A stretch of DNA of 64,000 nt from NCBI GenBank assembly GCA_014239855.1, contig JAAZXY010000005.1, positions 12,267 to 76,266 of the forward strand. The letters are read 5' to 3'. The DNA is from Acidimicrobiales bacterium (lineage in GTDB: Bacteria; Actinomycetota; Acidimicrobiia; Acidimicrobiales; MedAcidi-G1). Each line of letters begins with the position of its first letter. Within the stretch, counting starts at the first letter, position 1. Below are positions 17,181-30,576 of this stretch, piece by piece. The notes under the pieces were generated by a model. That model did no database searches. It saw only the letters and a list, made by a program, of their open reading frames with translations, and was not told where the DNA came from. Made by a program: the position numbers and the translations under genes.

Positions 17181-18100
17181 GGCTGCTCCGATCAACTCGT
17201 CGAGTCGGGCGACGCCGTGACGGTCACACCACCGTCCGAGGTCCCGCAGGATCCGGGCGGGGGCCCGTGGGTCGGCGAACGTCGCCGTGCCGACCTGGAC
17301 GGCCGAGGCGCCAGCCAACAGGAACTGGACGGCGTCCTCGGCCGACGCCACTCCGCCGACCCCGATGATCGGGACGTCGCCCAGCGCCTCCCTGGTGTCG
17401 AACACCGCCCGCACGGCCACCGGTCGAATGGCCGGTCCGGACAGCCCTCCCCGACCGGCGCCCAGGAGGGGACGACGGGTCTCGGTGTCGATCACCATGC
17501 CCAGCACCGTGTTGGCCACCGTCACCGCCTCGGCACCGGCGGCGATCGCCGCGGCGGCCATGTCGGGCAACTCGGGGGTGTTGGGGCTCAGCTTCGCCCA
17601 CCGGGGCCTACCGGCCGCTCCGGCCGCGTCGACAACTTCCGTGGTGGCCGTGACGGAATGGGCGAACAGGGCCCGCCGATCCTCCAGGTTGGGACACGAC
17701 GCGTTGACCTCGACGGCCACCACCACGTCGGGTGCCCCGGCCAGGAGTTCCGCGGCACGTGCGAACTCGTCGACGGTCCGACCCCAGATGCTGGCCACCA
17801 CCCGGGCCCCGGTGGCGGCCAGGCCGGGCAGGTCGTGTTCCAGCCAGGCTTCGACCCCCGGCCCCTGCAGGCCCACGCTGTTGACCATTCCTGACGGTGT
17901 GGCATGGACCCGGGGCGCCGGGTTTCCGGCCCACGGTTCGGCGTGCAGGGACTTGACCACCACGGCGCCCAACGTGGACGGGTCCAGGTGGTCGGCCAAT
18001 TCGTGGCCGTGGCCGGCGGTTCCCGATGCGGTGAGCACCGGGTTGGGCAGCACGATCGAACCGAGGCGCGTCGTCAGGTCGACGGCTGCGGTCCGGCGAC

Positions 18101-18104
<4 letters not shown>
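17172..18104 (-). CDS. pyrD: dihydroorotate dehydrogenase catalytic subunit, class 1 (1B-like)
   Basis: ORF track 310 aa. [20 protein letters not shown] (Cys base = class 1), [23 protein letters not shown] overlap with the carB stop. Confidence 0.92.
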
Positions 18105-21465
<3,361 letters not shown>

Positions 21466-21466
<1 letters not shown>

Positions 21467-22599
21467 CAGGCCGGTCCCTTCACTCGGGCCATCAGGTCCT
21501 CGAACTCGTCGAACAGGTACCGGCTGTCGTGCGGACCGGGGCCGGCTTCCGGGTGGTACTGGACGCTGAAGGCCGGCACGTCCAGGCAGCGGATGCCTTC
21601 CACGGTCTGATCGTTGAGGTTCACGTGGGTCAACTCGGCCGTGGGAACGGACCCCTCGGCCACGCAGTAGTTGTGGTTCTGGCTGGTGATCTCGACGGCG
21701 CCGGTGGCCAGATTTCGCACCGGGTGGTTTCCTCCGTGGTGGCCGAACGGAAGCTTGTAGGTCTCCGCGCCGATGGTTCCGGCCAGCAACTGGTGTCCGA
21801 GGCAGATCCCGAACACCGGCACCTCGCCGAGGAGCGCCCCGATCTGGGAACGGACGTTCACCAGGGGCCCCGGATCGCCCGGACCGTTGGAGAGGAACAC
21901 GCCGTCGGGATCCATGGCCAGGACATCGGCGGCCGAGGTGGAGGCCGGCACGATCGTCACCTCGCCCAGTTCGGACAGGTGCCTGATGATGGTCGCCTTG
22001 ATGCCGAAGTCGAAGGCCACGATGCGTCGGCCACCCCCGATCGAGGCCACCGTGGTCGGCGCATCACGGGTCACCGTCGACACCAGGTCCAGGCCGTCGG
22101 TGCCCGGTTCGGCGGTCGCGGCAGCGGTGATCGTCGCCAGGTCCGCCGTCCCGAAGGCCCCCGGCATGGCGCCCGCGTCGCGCAGGTGCCGGGTGAGACG
22201 CCGGGTGTCGATTCCGGCGATGCCCGGAACTCCGTGGGTCCTGAGCAGGCCGTCGAGGTCATCATCGGCCCGCCAGTTGCTCCGACGCCTGGCCAGGTCA
22301 CGGACGACCACGCCGCGACAGAACGGCCGCCGGCTCTCATGGTCGTCGGGATTGACCCCGTAGTTACCCAGATGCGAGACGGTGAAGGTGATGATCTGAC
22401 CGGCGTAGGACGGGTCGGTGATGACCTCCTGATAGCCGGACAGCACCGTGTTGAACACGACCTCGCCGCTGGCCACGCCGCCGTCCGGCGCGGCACCAAT
22501 GGCCTCACCCTCGAAGACCTCGCCATCGGTCAGGACCAGGGCTGCCTCGGTGGGGCGGTGCCGACGGGTCCGAGGGGGTTCGTGAATGGATTCGCTCAA
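21466..22599 (-). CDS. carA: carbamoyl-phosphate synthase small (glutaminase) subunit
   Basis: ORF 21466..22731. [33 protein letters not shown]. Start tentatively TTG 22599 in a TTGA overlap with the pyrC stop; there is no ATG or GTG nearer the conserved N-terminus. Confidence 0.9.
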
Positions 22600-23888
22600 C
22601 GCCGGGCCTCGCCGTCGACAACGACCGGCTCCCCGGCACGAATGGTGTGGCGCACCCGTCCCCGCAGGGTCCGACCCTCGTAGGGCGTGTTGCTGCTCCG
22701 ACTGGCCATCGCCGCACCCGACACCGTCCACGTCTCATCGGGGTCCACGACGCACAGGTTGGCCGGCGATCCGGGCACCACCGACGCCCCGTGCCGATCC
22801 GCAATGCCGGCAATGGCCGCCGGCCGCCAGGAGAGCACGGCCAACACCTCGGGAAGGTCCAGTCCCGACTCGTCCAGGGTCAGGGCGAAGGCCGTCTCCA
22901 GACCCAGCATCCCCGGTGGGGCCTCGTCGAAGGAGCGTTCCTTGGTGTGCGGGGCGTGCGGGGCGTGGTCGGTGGCCACCGCGTCGATGGTCCCGTCAGC
23001 CAGTCCGGCCCGAATGGCGGCCACGTCGGCGTCGGTGCGTAGTGGCGGATGGACCTTGAATACCGGGTCATAGGAGGCGCACGCCGCATCGGTCAGGGTG
23101 AAGTGATGGGTGGTCGCCTCGGCCGTCACCGGAAGGCCGGCTGCCTTGGCGCCACGAACCATGGCCACCGAACTGGCCGTGGAGAGGTGCTGGAAGTGCA
23201 GGTGGGCGCCGGTGAGTCGAACCAGGGCGATGTCACGCATCACCATCAGCTCCTCGGCCTCCGCCGGCTGCCCGGGGATGCCCAGGAGCGATGACCACTC
23301 CCCCTCGTGCATGTAGCCGCCGGCCGACAGGGCCGACACCTCGCAGTGCTGGGCCAGCATCACCGGTCGGCCCAGGCGCCGGGTGAGCCCGGTGCTGTAC
23401 TCCATGAGCCGCCGCATGAGACGGGGGTCCTGGAGGCCGGTGCCGTCGTCGGTGAAGATCCCGACGCCTGCGTCCACCAGTTCACCCATGGGCGCCATGT
23501 CGGTACCCGCCCGACCCACCGTCATGGCGGCCGTCGGCACGATCTCGCACGTCGATCGACGCCCGAGGGCCCGGACCTGTTCGACCACGGCGACGCAGTC
23601 GGTGGTCGGGTCGGTGTTGGGCATGGCCACCAGTGCCGTGTAGCCGCCGAGCGACCCACCCCGCGCACCGGTCTCGATGGTCTCCGCCTCTTCCTGGCCC
23701 GGCTCCCGGAGGTGGCTGTGGAGATCCACGAAGCCCGGGGAGACGACGCATCCCGAGGCGTCGAGATCCAGGTCGCCGGTCAGGCCGGTGCCGACCGCGG
23801 CGATCCTGCCGTCGTCGCCGATTTCGACGTCGAGTGTCCGTTCACCCTCGGCGTCAATGATCCGGCCGCCTCGTAGGACGACGCTCAT
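22596..23888 (-). CDS. pyrC: dihydroorotase
   Basis: ORF track 430 aa. GFVDLHSHLREPG, ATDHAPH. ATGA overlap with the pyrB stop. Confidence 0.95.
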   Translation of the reverse strand: MSVVLRGGRIIDAEGERTLDVEIGDDGRIAAVGTGLTGDLDLDASGCVVSPGFVDLHSHLREPGQEEAETIETGARGGSLGGYTALVAMPNTDPTTDCVAVVEQVRALGRRSTCEIVPTAAMTVGRAGTDMAPMGELVDAGVGIFTDDGTGLQDPRLMRRLMEYSTGLTRRLGRPVMLAQHCEVSALSAGGYMHEGEWSSLLGIPGQPAEAEELMVMRDIALVRLTGAHLHFQHLSTASSVAMVRGAKAAGLPVTAEATTHHFTLTDAACASYDPVFKVHPPLRTDADVAAIRAGLADGTIDAVATDHAPHAPHTKERSFDEAPPGMLGLETAFALTLDESGLDLPEVLAVLSWRPAAIAGIADRHGASVVPGSPANLCVVDPDETWTVSGAAMASRSSNTPYEGRTLRGRVRHTIRAGEPVVVDGEARR

Positions 23889-24871
23889 GGCCGACCACCT
23901 TCCTCATCAGTCGGAGATCCACCGGTGGACGCCGGACTCCGGCCCGAACCCAGGAGCAGGAACAGCACCGCCATCCGGACCGAGACCCCGTGGACCACCT
24001 GGTCGAGGATGACCGATCGGTGATCGGCCGCGGCGACCGCCGAGATCTCGACGCCGGGGTTGGTCGGCCCCGGATGCAGGATCAGGGCATCGTCAGGGAG
24101 GCGGGCCGCCCGTTCGGCCGAAAGGCCGAAGTCGGCTGCGTACTCCCGAATCGACGGAATCAGCCCTTCGGTGATGCGCTCCTGCTGCATCCGCAGGAGG
24201 TAGACGGCGTCCAGACCGGCCAGCAGGGGATCCAGTTCGTGGGCCACGGTGACCGGCCAACCCTCCACGGCAGGCGGCAACAGCGTGGCCGGCGCCACCA
24301 GCACCACCTCGGCACCCAGCGCGGTGAACGCCAGGACGTTGGAGCGGGCCACCCGGGAGTGGCGGACGTCGCCCACGATGGCGATACGCATGCCGTCCAA
24401 CGCTCCACGACGTTCCCGCAACGTGTAGCAGTCGAGAAGGGCCTGGGTGGGGTGCTCATGGCAGCCATCGCCGGCGTTGATCACCGCGGCATCGGTCCAG
24501 CCGGCCACCCGGTGGGCCGTTCCGGCCATCGGGTGTCGGATCACCATGGCGTCGGCCCCGTACGAGGACACCACCTCGACGGTGTCCCGCAGGCTCTCAC
24601 CCTTGCTGAGCGACGAACCACCGGCCGCGAAGGCGATGGTGTCGGCCGACAGGCGACGGGCCGCGGTGTCGAACGACATCCGGGTCCGGGTCGAGTTCTC
24701 GAAGAAGACGGTGGCCACCGTGCGGCCCCGCAGTGCCGGCACCTTCGGAATGGGCCGCCGACCGACCTCGGCGAACGTGTCCGTCAGTTCCAGCAGTTCC
24801 TCGAGGTCGGACCGGGACATCCCGTCGATTCCCAACAGGTGGCCGTTCGTCGGCTTCGTCGTCACCATCAC
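23885..24871 (-). CDS. pyrB: aspartate carbamoyltransferase catalytic subunit
   Basis: ORF track 328 aa. FFENSTRTRMSF, HPTQALLD, HPGP. Confidence 0.96.
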   Translation of the reverse strand: MMVTTKPTNGHLLGIDGMSRSDLEELLELTDTFAEVGRRPIPKVPALRGRTVATVFFENSTRTRMSFDTAARRLSADTIAFAAGGSSLSKGESLRDTVEVVSSYGADAMVIRHPMAGTAHRVAGWTDAAVINAGDGCHEHPTQALLDCYTLRERRGALDGMRIAIVGDVRHSRVARSNVLAFTALGAEVVLVAPATLLPPAVEGWPVTVAHELDPLLAGLDAVYLLRMQQERITEGLIPSIREYAADFGLSAERAARLPDDALILHPGPTNPGVEISAVAAADHRSVILDQVVHGVSVRMAVLFLLLGSGRSPASTGGSPTDEEGGRP

Positions 24872-25434
24872 TTCTCCATCACCCCGAGGTCGACGCCCAA
24901 CTCGTGCACGTCGACCACCTCGTCCCGGCGGGTGGGAAGGTTCTTGCCCACGTAGTCGGGCCGGATGGGCAACTCGCGGTGGCCGCGATCGACCATGACG
25001 GCCAGCTGGATGGACCGGGGTCGACCGAAGTCGCAGACCGCATCGAGGGCCGCCCGGATGGTCCGACCGGTGAACAGCACGTCATCGACCAGGATCACGA
25101 TCCGGCCATCGAGGTCGGTCGAGAGGTCGGTCGTCGCCTCGGGAACCACCGGCCGGATTCCGATGTCGTCGCGGTGAAGGGCCACATCGAGCGTGCCCAC
25201 CGGCGGTCGCACGCCCTCGATTTCCTCGAGGGTCTCGGCGAGGCGCTCAGCCACCGGTACGCCACCGGTCTGGAGACCGACCACGACGATCTCGTCGAGT
25301 CCGTGGTTCCGCTCGATGACCTCATGGGCCATGCGACGGATGGCCCGACCCATGTCGCCGGCGGTCATGATCCGCGCGTGGGACACGAAAACGCCCCCGA
25401 ACGGGGGCGTCTGGCTGCGTTCTCTTTCGGCCAT
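24868..25434 (-). CDS. pyrR: bifunctional pyr operon regulator / uracil phosphoribosyltransferase PyrR
   Basis: ORF 24868..25722 trimmed to ATG 25434 (MAERERSQ..., GAGGAG 9 nt upstream). IRRMAHEVIERN, ILVDDVLFTGRTIRAAL, VDRGHRELPIRPDYVGKN. Alternative start at GTG 25386, just after a terminator-like hairpin. Confidence 0.9.
   Translation of the reverse strand: MAERERSQTPPFGGVFVSHARIMTAGDMGRAIRRMAHEVIERNHGLDEIVVVGLQTGGVPVAERLAETLEEIEGVRPPVGTLDVALHRDDIGIRPVVPEATTDLSTDLDGRIVILVDDVLFTGRTIRAALDAVCDFGRPRSIQLAVMVDRGHRELPIRPDYVGKNLPTRRDEVVDVHELGVDLGVMEK
25383..25410 (-). terminator. intrinsic-terminator-like hairpin (possible pyr attenuator) inside the first 17 codons of the longest pyrR ORF
   Basis: Sense RNA ACGCCCCC-GUUC-GGGGGCGU (perfect 8-bp stem), followed by UUUCGUGU. 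Confidence 0.45.
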
Positions 25435-25456
25435 CGGCCTCATCTCCTCGATCCGT

Positions 25457-25476
25457 ACGGGCCTCACGGGACCCGC
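25457..25476 (-). promoter_or_regulatory. PyrR-binding-loop-like RNA element next to the pyrR RBS
   Basis: Sense RNA GCGGG-UCCCGUGAGG-CCCGU. The loop UCCCGUGAGGC resembles the Bacillus PyrR box core UCCAGAGAGGC (9 of 11). GAGGAG SD lies 7 nt downstream. Confidence 0.5.
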
Positions 25477-25493
25477 TTCACGGTCGAGTGGGA

Positions 25494-25499
25494 AGCCTA
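25494..25499 (-). promoter_or_regulatory. candidate -10 box TAGGCT of the pyr operon promoter
   Basis: Sense ACGCGCGACATCGACGCGCGTGTAGGCTTCCCACTCG. It would start the transcript just upstream of the PyrR-box-like loop. Confidence 0.35.
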
Positions 25500-25531
25500 C
25501 ACGCGCGTCGATGTCGCGCGTCCGGGCCCAA

Positions 25532-26107
25532 TCAGGCCTCTGACCGCCTGACTGGTCGCATCGACGCGAAGACCAGCCGTTCCGGGTAAGAGGCAGCGAC
25601 CCGGTCGCCTTCCCGACCGGGCGGGAGAAGTTCGAAGCCGGCGGCGCGGGCCACGGCAACCGATGCCGGGTTGGCCGGATCCACTTCGGCCACCACGGCA
25701 CGAAGGGCGAGCGGACCGTCATGGGCCCAGGCGGTCAACGCCCCGACCATCGACGTGGCCACGCCCCGGCCGCGTTCGGGCGCCGCCACCCACCACCCGA
25801 TGCGTGCTGCTGCCCGCTCGGTATCGAACGTCGAGAGTCCGACCTCTCCCAGCACCCGACCGTCGTCGACCGATATGGCCACCAGGTCGAGCGCCAGACC
25901 ATCCTCGCGGCGCCGTTCCTCACCGACGATCCATCGCTCCGCTGCTTCCGGGCTGACGTCGTCGGGAACGGCCGTCCACCGGCGAACCTCGGGATCCCCC
26001 CAGGCCTGCACCAGGTCGTCCCGGTCACCAGCCACCCACCGCCGCAACTCCAGCCCACCGACCACCAATGGCGGGTCGGGGGTGACCAGTCGGTATCGCC
26101 CGGTCAC
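25532..26107 (-). CDS. GNAT family N-acetyltransferase (RimJ/RimL-like)
   Basis: C-terminal part of ORF 25532..26347. LELRRW...IGWWVAAPERGRGVATSMV...ANPASVAVARAAGFE. Start set to GTG 26107, 13 nt after the nusB stop. Confidence 0.8.
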   Translation of the reverse strand: MTGRYRLVTPDPPLVVGGLELRRWVAGDRDDLVQAWGDPEVRRWTAVPDDVSPEAAERWIVGEERRREDGLALDLVAISVDDGRVLGEVGLSTFDTERAAARIGWWVAAPERGRGVATSMVGALTAWAHDGPLALRAVVAEVDPANPASVAVARAAGFELLPPGREGDRVAASYPERLVFASMRPVRRSEA

Positions 26108-26120
26108 GCCCGAGGGGCGG

Positions 26121-26552
26121 TCATGTGGCGTCGCTGGCCTTGGGCCGGGCCGCGGCGGCCACCGCCGAGACGACGCCGTTGACGAAGCGCGACGAACGAT
26201 CCGTCGAGTAGTCGCCCGCCAGGTCCACCACCTCGGAAAGCACGGCCGACGTGGGAACGTCGGCACGGTGACACAACTCGTAGACGGCCATCCGAAGGAG
26301 CGCCCGGTCAACCGCGGGCATGCGGTCGGTTCGCCAGCCCTCGGCATGGCGCCCGATCAGCTCATCGAGTTCGTCGATCGTGGCGGCCACACCCTGCACG
26401 ATCTCGACGGCGTACTCCGACGGGGCCACCGGCCGGTCGGCCAGCACCTCCAACAGGTCACGGCCCTGCGCCTCGGCGGCGTAGAGCACGCCGAGGGCGG
26501 TCTCGCGTGCTTCCCGACGCGATCCGATCGCGTCGGCTGGATCCACTGCCAC
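26121..26552 (-). CDS. nusB: transcription antitermination factor NusB
   Basis: ORF track 143 aa. RREARETALGVLY...DRALLRMAVYEL...RFVNGVV. Confidence 0.93.
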   Translation of the reverse strand: MAVDPADAIGSRREARETALGVLYAAEAQGRDLLEVLADRPVAPSEYAVEIVQGVAATIDELDELIGRHAEGWRTDRMPAVDRALLRMAVYELCHRADVPTSAVLSEVVDLAGDYSTDRSSRFVNGVVSAVAAAARPKASDAT

Positions 26553-26595
26553 TGGTCGCCCGTTTCCTCTACTCGACTCGGCGGATCAGCAGGGC

Positions 26596-27159
26596 TCAGG
26601 CCCGGCTGAGGTACTCGCCCGACCGGGTGTCGACCTTGACCCGCTCGCCGTTCTCGATGAACAGCGGCACCTGGACGGTCAGCCCGGTCTCCAGGGTGGC
26701 CGGCTTGCGGGCCCCCGAGACACGGTCGCCCTGCACGCCCGGCTCGGTCTCGGTGATGTCCAGTTCGACCGAAGCCGGGAGTTCCACGCCGATGACCTCC
26801 TCGCCGAACAAGAGGATGAGCGCCGTGGCCTGCTCCACGATGTAGTTCGAGGCATCGCCGAGGGTGGAAGGCGAGACCTGCATCTGGTCGAAGGTCTGGT
26901 CGTCCATGAAGACGTAGTCGGCGCCGTCGCGGTACAGGAACTGCATCGACCGCTTGTCGATCATGGCCCGTTGCACCTTCTCGCCGGCCCGGAAGGTGCG
27001 ATCGACCACCGACCCGGTCCGGACGTTTCGCAGCGTCGTACGGACGAAGGCATGGCCCTTGCCCGGCTTGACGTGCTGGAACTCGACCACCTGGACGAGG
27101 TCGGCCTCGATCTCGAGGGTCATCCCGTTCTTCAGGTCATTGGTGGTGATGGTGGGCAT
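26596..27159 (-). CDS. efp: elongation factor P
   Basis: ORF 26596..27564 trimmed to ATG 27159 ([16 protein letters not shown]...[16 protein letters not shown]). Confidence 0.96.
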   Translation of the reverse strand: MPTITTNDLKNGMTLEIEADLVQVVEFQHVKPGKGHAFVRTTLRNVRTGSVVDRTFRAGEKVQRAMIDKRSMQFLYRDGADYVFMDDQTFDQMQVSPSTLGDASNYIVEQATALILLFGEEVIGVELPASVELDITETEPGVQGDRVSGARKPATLETGLTVQVPLFIENGERVKVDTRSGEYLSRA

Positions 27160-27199
27160 GGTCGCTCCGGACTCGGGGGCAGCAGACTCGGTCGGTGGG

Positions 27200-28288
27200 T
27201 CAGAGGATCTTCGGGTAACCGGTGAGCGGACGGTGGCCGTCGTTGGTGACCAGCACCGTGTCCTCCCAGCGAACGCCGCCCAGTCCGGCGACGTAGACCC
27301 CGGGTTCGACGGTGACCACCTGTCCGGTCCTGAGGCTACCGCTGGCCGTGGACGCCACGGCCGGGCCCTCGTGGATGTCCAGGCCCACGCCGTGTCCGGT
27401 CCCGTGGGAGAAGGCTTCACCCAGGCCCGCCTCCACGAGGACGTCCCGACACGCCCGGTCCACCTCGGCCAGCGGGACACCGTCGGCCACCACGGCCAGT
27501 CCGGCCTCCTGAGCCTCCAGGACCACGGCCAGCAACTCAGCCTCGCGGCCCGAACCGGTGCCACCGACCCTCGTGGAGCGGGTCATGTCCGACCGGTAGC
27601 CGTCGACCACCGCCCCGAAATCACGGACCACCAGGTCACCGTCGTCCAGCACCCGATCACCGGGCCGGGCATGGGGTAGTGCGCCATGGGCCCCGGCCGC
27701 CACGATCGTCTCGAAGGCCCGATCAGTGGCCCCCCCGACCCGCATGGCGTGGTCCAGAGCGGCGGCCAGGTCCGACTCGACGGAACCTTCGACGAACATC
27801 GACGCCACGGAGTCCAGCGCCCGGTCGGCAATGGCGGCCGCCGCGGCGATGCGAGCCACCTCGCCGTCGTCCTTGATCTCCCGTAGGGCTTCCACCAACC
27901 CGGTGGTGGGCGCCGGATCACCGCCCAACAGCCCGACCAACCGTTTCATCTCCGACCAGGAGACCGAGTCGGCTTCGAGGCCCACCCGCCCCACGCCGTC
28001 GGCCAGCGCCCCCAGTGGTGAGGGACGCCCGGTTCCGGCGATCTCCACGGTCACGTCGGCGCCGGTCTCGGCCACCTGAACCGGTGCCTGATCCCGGTAG
28101 CGGCCATCGGTCATCAACACCGCCCGCCCGGCGTCGACCCACAGCGAGCCCGCCGAGCCGCTGAACCCGGTCAGGTAGCGGACGTTGGTCACGTTCGTGA
28201 CGAGGAGCGCCCCCACGCCCTCGTCGACCATGAGCATCCTCAGTCGATCCAGACGATCGGCGACCAGCATTTCCGGCAGCACGGCCAT
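27200..28288 (-). CDS. pepQ: M24-family Xaa-Pro aminopeptidase/dipeptidase
   Basis: ORF 27200..28441 trimmed to ATG 28288 ([16 protein letters not shown]). [17 protein letters not shown]. Confidence 0.9.
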   Translation of the reverse strand: MAVLPEMLVADRLDRLRMLMVDEGVGALLVTNVTNVRYLTGFSGSAGSLWVDAGRAVLMTDGRYRDQAPVQVAETGADVTVEIAGTGRPSPLGALADGVGRVGLEADSVSWSEMKRLVGLLGGDPAPTTGLVEALREIKDDGEVARIAAAAAIADRALDSVASMFVEGSVESDLAAALDHAMRVGGATDRAFETIVAAGAHGALPHARPGDRVLDDGDLVVRDFGAVVDGYRSDMTRSTRVGGTGSGREAELLAVVLEAQEAGLAVVADGVPLAEVDRACRDVLVEAGLGEAFSHGTGHGVGLDIHEGPAVASTASGSLRTGQVVTVEPGVYVAGLGGVRWEDTVLVTNDGHRPLTGYPKIL

Positions 28289-28329
28289 CTCCGGCGGCTC
28301 GGCCGGAGCGGCCGAGGATCCGGTGTCGT

Positions 28330-28773
28330 TCACCCGTCGAGCAGGTCGGCCGCGGCAGACACGGCCATCCGGTAACCCATCGATCCGAATCCGGAGATCG
28401 TCCCGTCGGCCACCGGGGCCACCACCGAGGTGTGACGCCACGGTTCACGGGCTGCCGGATTCGACAGGTGCAACTCGACCACCGGCCCTTCGAATGCGGC
28501 CAACGCGTCGTGGATGGCCCAGGCGTAGTGGGTGAAGGCACCCGGGTTGACCACGATGGCCGCACACCGGCCCCGGGCCGCGTGGACGGCGTCAACCAGT
28601 TCGCCCTCGTGGTTGGACTGGACGTGTTCGAGGGCCAACCCACGCGACGACGCCGTCTCCGTGGAGGCCAGGACGTGGTCATCGAGGGTGTCGGTCCCGT
28701 ACACCTCGGGCTGGCGCTGGCCCAGCAGGTTCAGGTTGGGGCCGGACAGCAGAAGGAGAATCGGTTCGCTCAT
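28330..28773 (-). CDS. aroQ: type II 3-dehydroquinate dehydratase
   Basis: ORF 28330..28947 trimmed to ATG 28773 (MSEPILLLLSGPNLNLLGQRQPEVYG...NPGAFTHY...HLSNP). Confidence 0.95.
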   Translation of the reverse strand: MSEPILLLLSGPNLNLLGQRQPEVYGTDTLDDHVLASTETASSRGLALEHVQSNHEGELVDAVHAARGRCAAIVVNPGAFTHYAWAIHDALAAFEGPVVELHLSNPAAREPWRHTSVVAPVADGTISGFGSMGYRMAVSAAADLLDG

Positions 28774-28828
28774 GGCCAGAAGTCTCCCACCGGGCAGCGC
28801 CCCTCCCGGTGCCCATTGCCCATGCGGA

Positions 28829-29890
28829 TCATCGAACCGTCTCCAGTACGGATCGCACCATCTCGGAGTCCACGTCGGACACCACCTCGACGCCGTGCCC
28901 GCGTGAAGCGCCATCAGGGCCGCTGTCCAGGACACCATCCAGAACAAAGGTGAGCCCGTCCAACGCCTTCTTGTCGCGGGCCATCACGGCCAGAAGTTCG
29001 TCAGCGTCGGCTCCGTCGGGAAGCCGGGTGGGGAGGTCATAGCCCTCCACGATCCGACGATGCTCGGCCACCCGATCGGCGTCGATCCGGCCGAGGGCCC
29101 GACCCAGTTCGGCGGCGTACACCAGGCCGATGGCCACCGCCTCGCCGTGGCGGAGGTCGTACCGGCCGGTCGTCTCGATGGCATGGCCGAGGGTGTGTCC
29201 GTAGTTGAGAATCGCCCGCCGCCCTCCCTCGCGTTCGTCGGCGGCCACCACCGCGGCCTTGATCTCCACGCATCGGGCCACCCGCTGATCGAGCGACAGA
29301 TCGTCGAGAGCTCGCTCCTCCGGGGCGGGCCCACCAAGGAAGTGGTACTTGGCCACCTCGCCCAGACCGCAGCGCATCTCCCGTTCAGGGAGCGTGTCCA
29401 ACGCTGCCGTGTCACAAAGCACCAGGGACGGCTGCCAGAACGCCCCGACCAGATTCTTGCCCTCCGGCAGGTTGACACCGGTCTTGCCGCCGATCGCCGC
29501 ATCCACCTGGGCCAGCAGGGTGGTGGCCACGTGGACCACGGGAACTCCCCGGTGGTACGAGGCCGCGGCGAACCCGGCCACGTCGGTGACCACGCCACCG
29601 CCCACCCCGACCACCACGTCGCCTCGGGTGAGACCCCATTCGGCGAACGACCGGCAGAGCCCCTCGAGGGTCGACAGGGTCTTGGCCGACTCGCCGTCGG
29701 GAATGGTGAACACGCGGTGATCCACCCCCGGGTCCACCGACAACGGAATCCCCTCCTGGGTGACCACCGCGGCCCGGCCCGCACGTACGCCAGCACCCGG
29801 GAGGTGCGTCGCCAGGTCGACCGCCACGTCGCGTCCCACCAGCACCGGGTAGGACCGGTCACCGGGCAGCGGCACCCGCACCTCGATCAC
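28829..29890 (-). CDS. aroB: 3-dehydroquinate synthase
   Basis: ORF track 353 aa. GGGVVTDVAGFAA, GGKTGVN, NYGHTLGHAIE. GTGA overlap with the aroK stop. Confidence 0.95.
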   Translation of the reverse strand: MIEVRVPLPGDRSYPVLVGRDVAVDLATHLPGAGVRAGRAAVVTQEGIPLSVDPGVDHRVFTIPDGESAKTLSTLEGLCRSFAEWGLTRGDVVVGVGGGVVTDVAGFAAASYHRGVPVVHVATTLLAQVDAAIGGKTGVNLPEGKNLVGAFWQPSLVLCDTAALDTLPEREMRCGLGEVAKYHFLGGPAPEERALDDLSLDQRVARCVEIKAAVVAADEREGGRRAILNYGHTLGHAIETTGRYDLRHGEAVAIGLVYAAELGRALGRIDADRVAEHRRIVEGYDLPTRLPDGADADELLAVMARDKKALDGLTFVLDGVLDSGPDGASRGHGVEVVSDVDSEMVRSVLETVR

Positions 29891-30513
29891 GACCGGTCCC
29901 CCACCCTGTGGGTCTGCCCGGGAGCGTCGGCGCCACCGAGTGCCCCGGCCAGCGACCGGGCCAGCTCATCGACCGATCGGCCATCAGTGTCGACCACCAG
30001 GTCGGCAGCCGCTGCGTAGATCGGATGACGTTCGTCGGCCAGATCCCGGAGGACCTCCAGCGGGTTGCGCCCCTCGAGAAGCGGGCGACCCACGCCGCTA
30101 CCCACACGATCGGCCAGCGTCTCCGGTCGGGCCCGCAGCCAGACCACGGTCGCACCGTCAACCAGCGCGGCACGGTTCTGATCACGAATGAGGACACCGC
30201 CGCCGGTGGACAACACGATCGGATCGTGGCCGGCCAGTTGGATGGCCAGACACTCCGCCTCGAGGTCCCGGAAGGACGACTCGCCGCCCTCGTGGAATAT
30301 CACTCCGATGGATCGTCCAGCCAGCTGGGTGATGGCTCGGTCGAGGTCCACGTGTCGCCGGCCGATCGTCGCGGCCAGGGCCCGACCGACCGCCGTCTTG
30401 CCGGCGCCCATGAGACCGATGAGCGCCACGTGCGACAGATCGGCCAACGACGCGCCAGAGGCCATCCCTGGAGTCGGGGACTCCGGGGTCGGGGGTTCGG
30501 TGGTGCTCGCCAT
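29887..30513 (-). CDS. aroK: shikimate kinase
   Basis: ORF 29887..30519. LIGLMGAGKTAVGR, STGGG. Start set to ATG 30513, which has TAGCCT exactly 6 nt upstream (leaderless candidate). Alternatives are GTG 30519 and ATG 30465. Confidence 0.9.
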   Translation of the reverse strand: MASTTEPPTPESPTPGMASGASLADLSHVALIGLMGAGKTAVGRALAATIGRRHVDLDRAITQLAGRSIGVIFHEGGESSFRDLEAECLAIQLAGHDPIVLSTGGGVLIRDQNRAALVDGATVVWLRARPETLADRVGSGVGRPLLEGRNPLEVLRDLADERHPIYAAAADLVVDTDGRSVDELARSLAGALGGADAPGQTHRVGDRS

Positions 30514-30519
30514 CGCCAC

Positions 30520-30528
30520 AGGCTACCG
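30520..30528 (-). promoter_or_regulatory. CGGTAGCCT -10 element, 6 nt before the aroK ATG 30513
   Basis: Sense CTCGGTAGCCTGTGGCGATG. Confidence 0.45.
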
Positions 30529-30576
30529 AGGGGGCTCTTGCCGGGCCGGCGCATTCCCGCCCGGTGTCGCTGTTCT

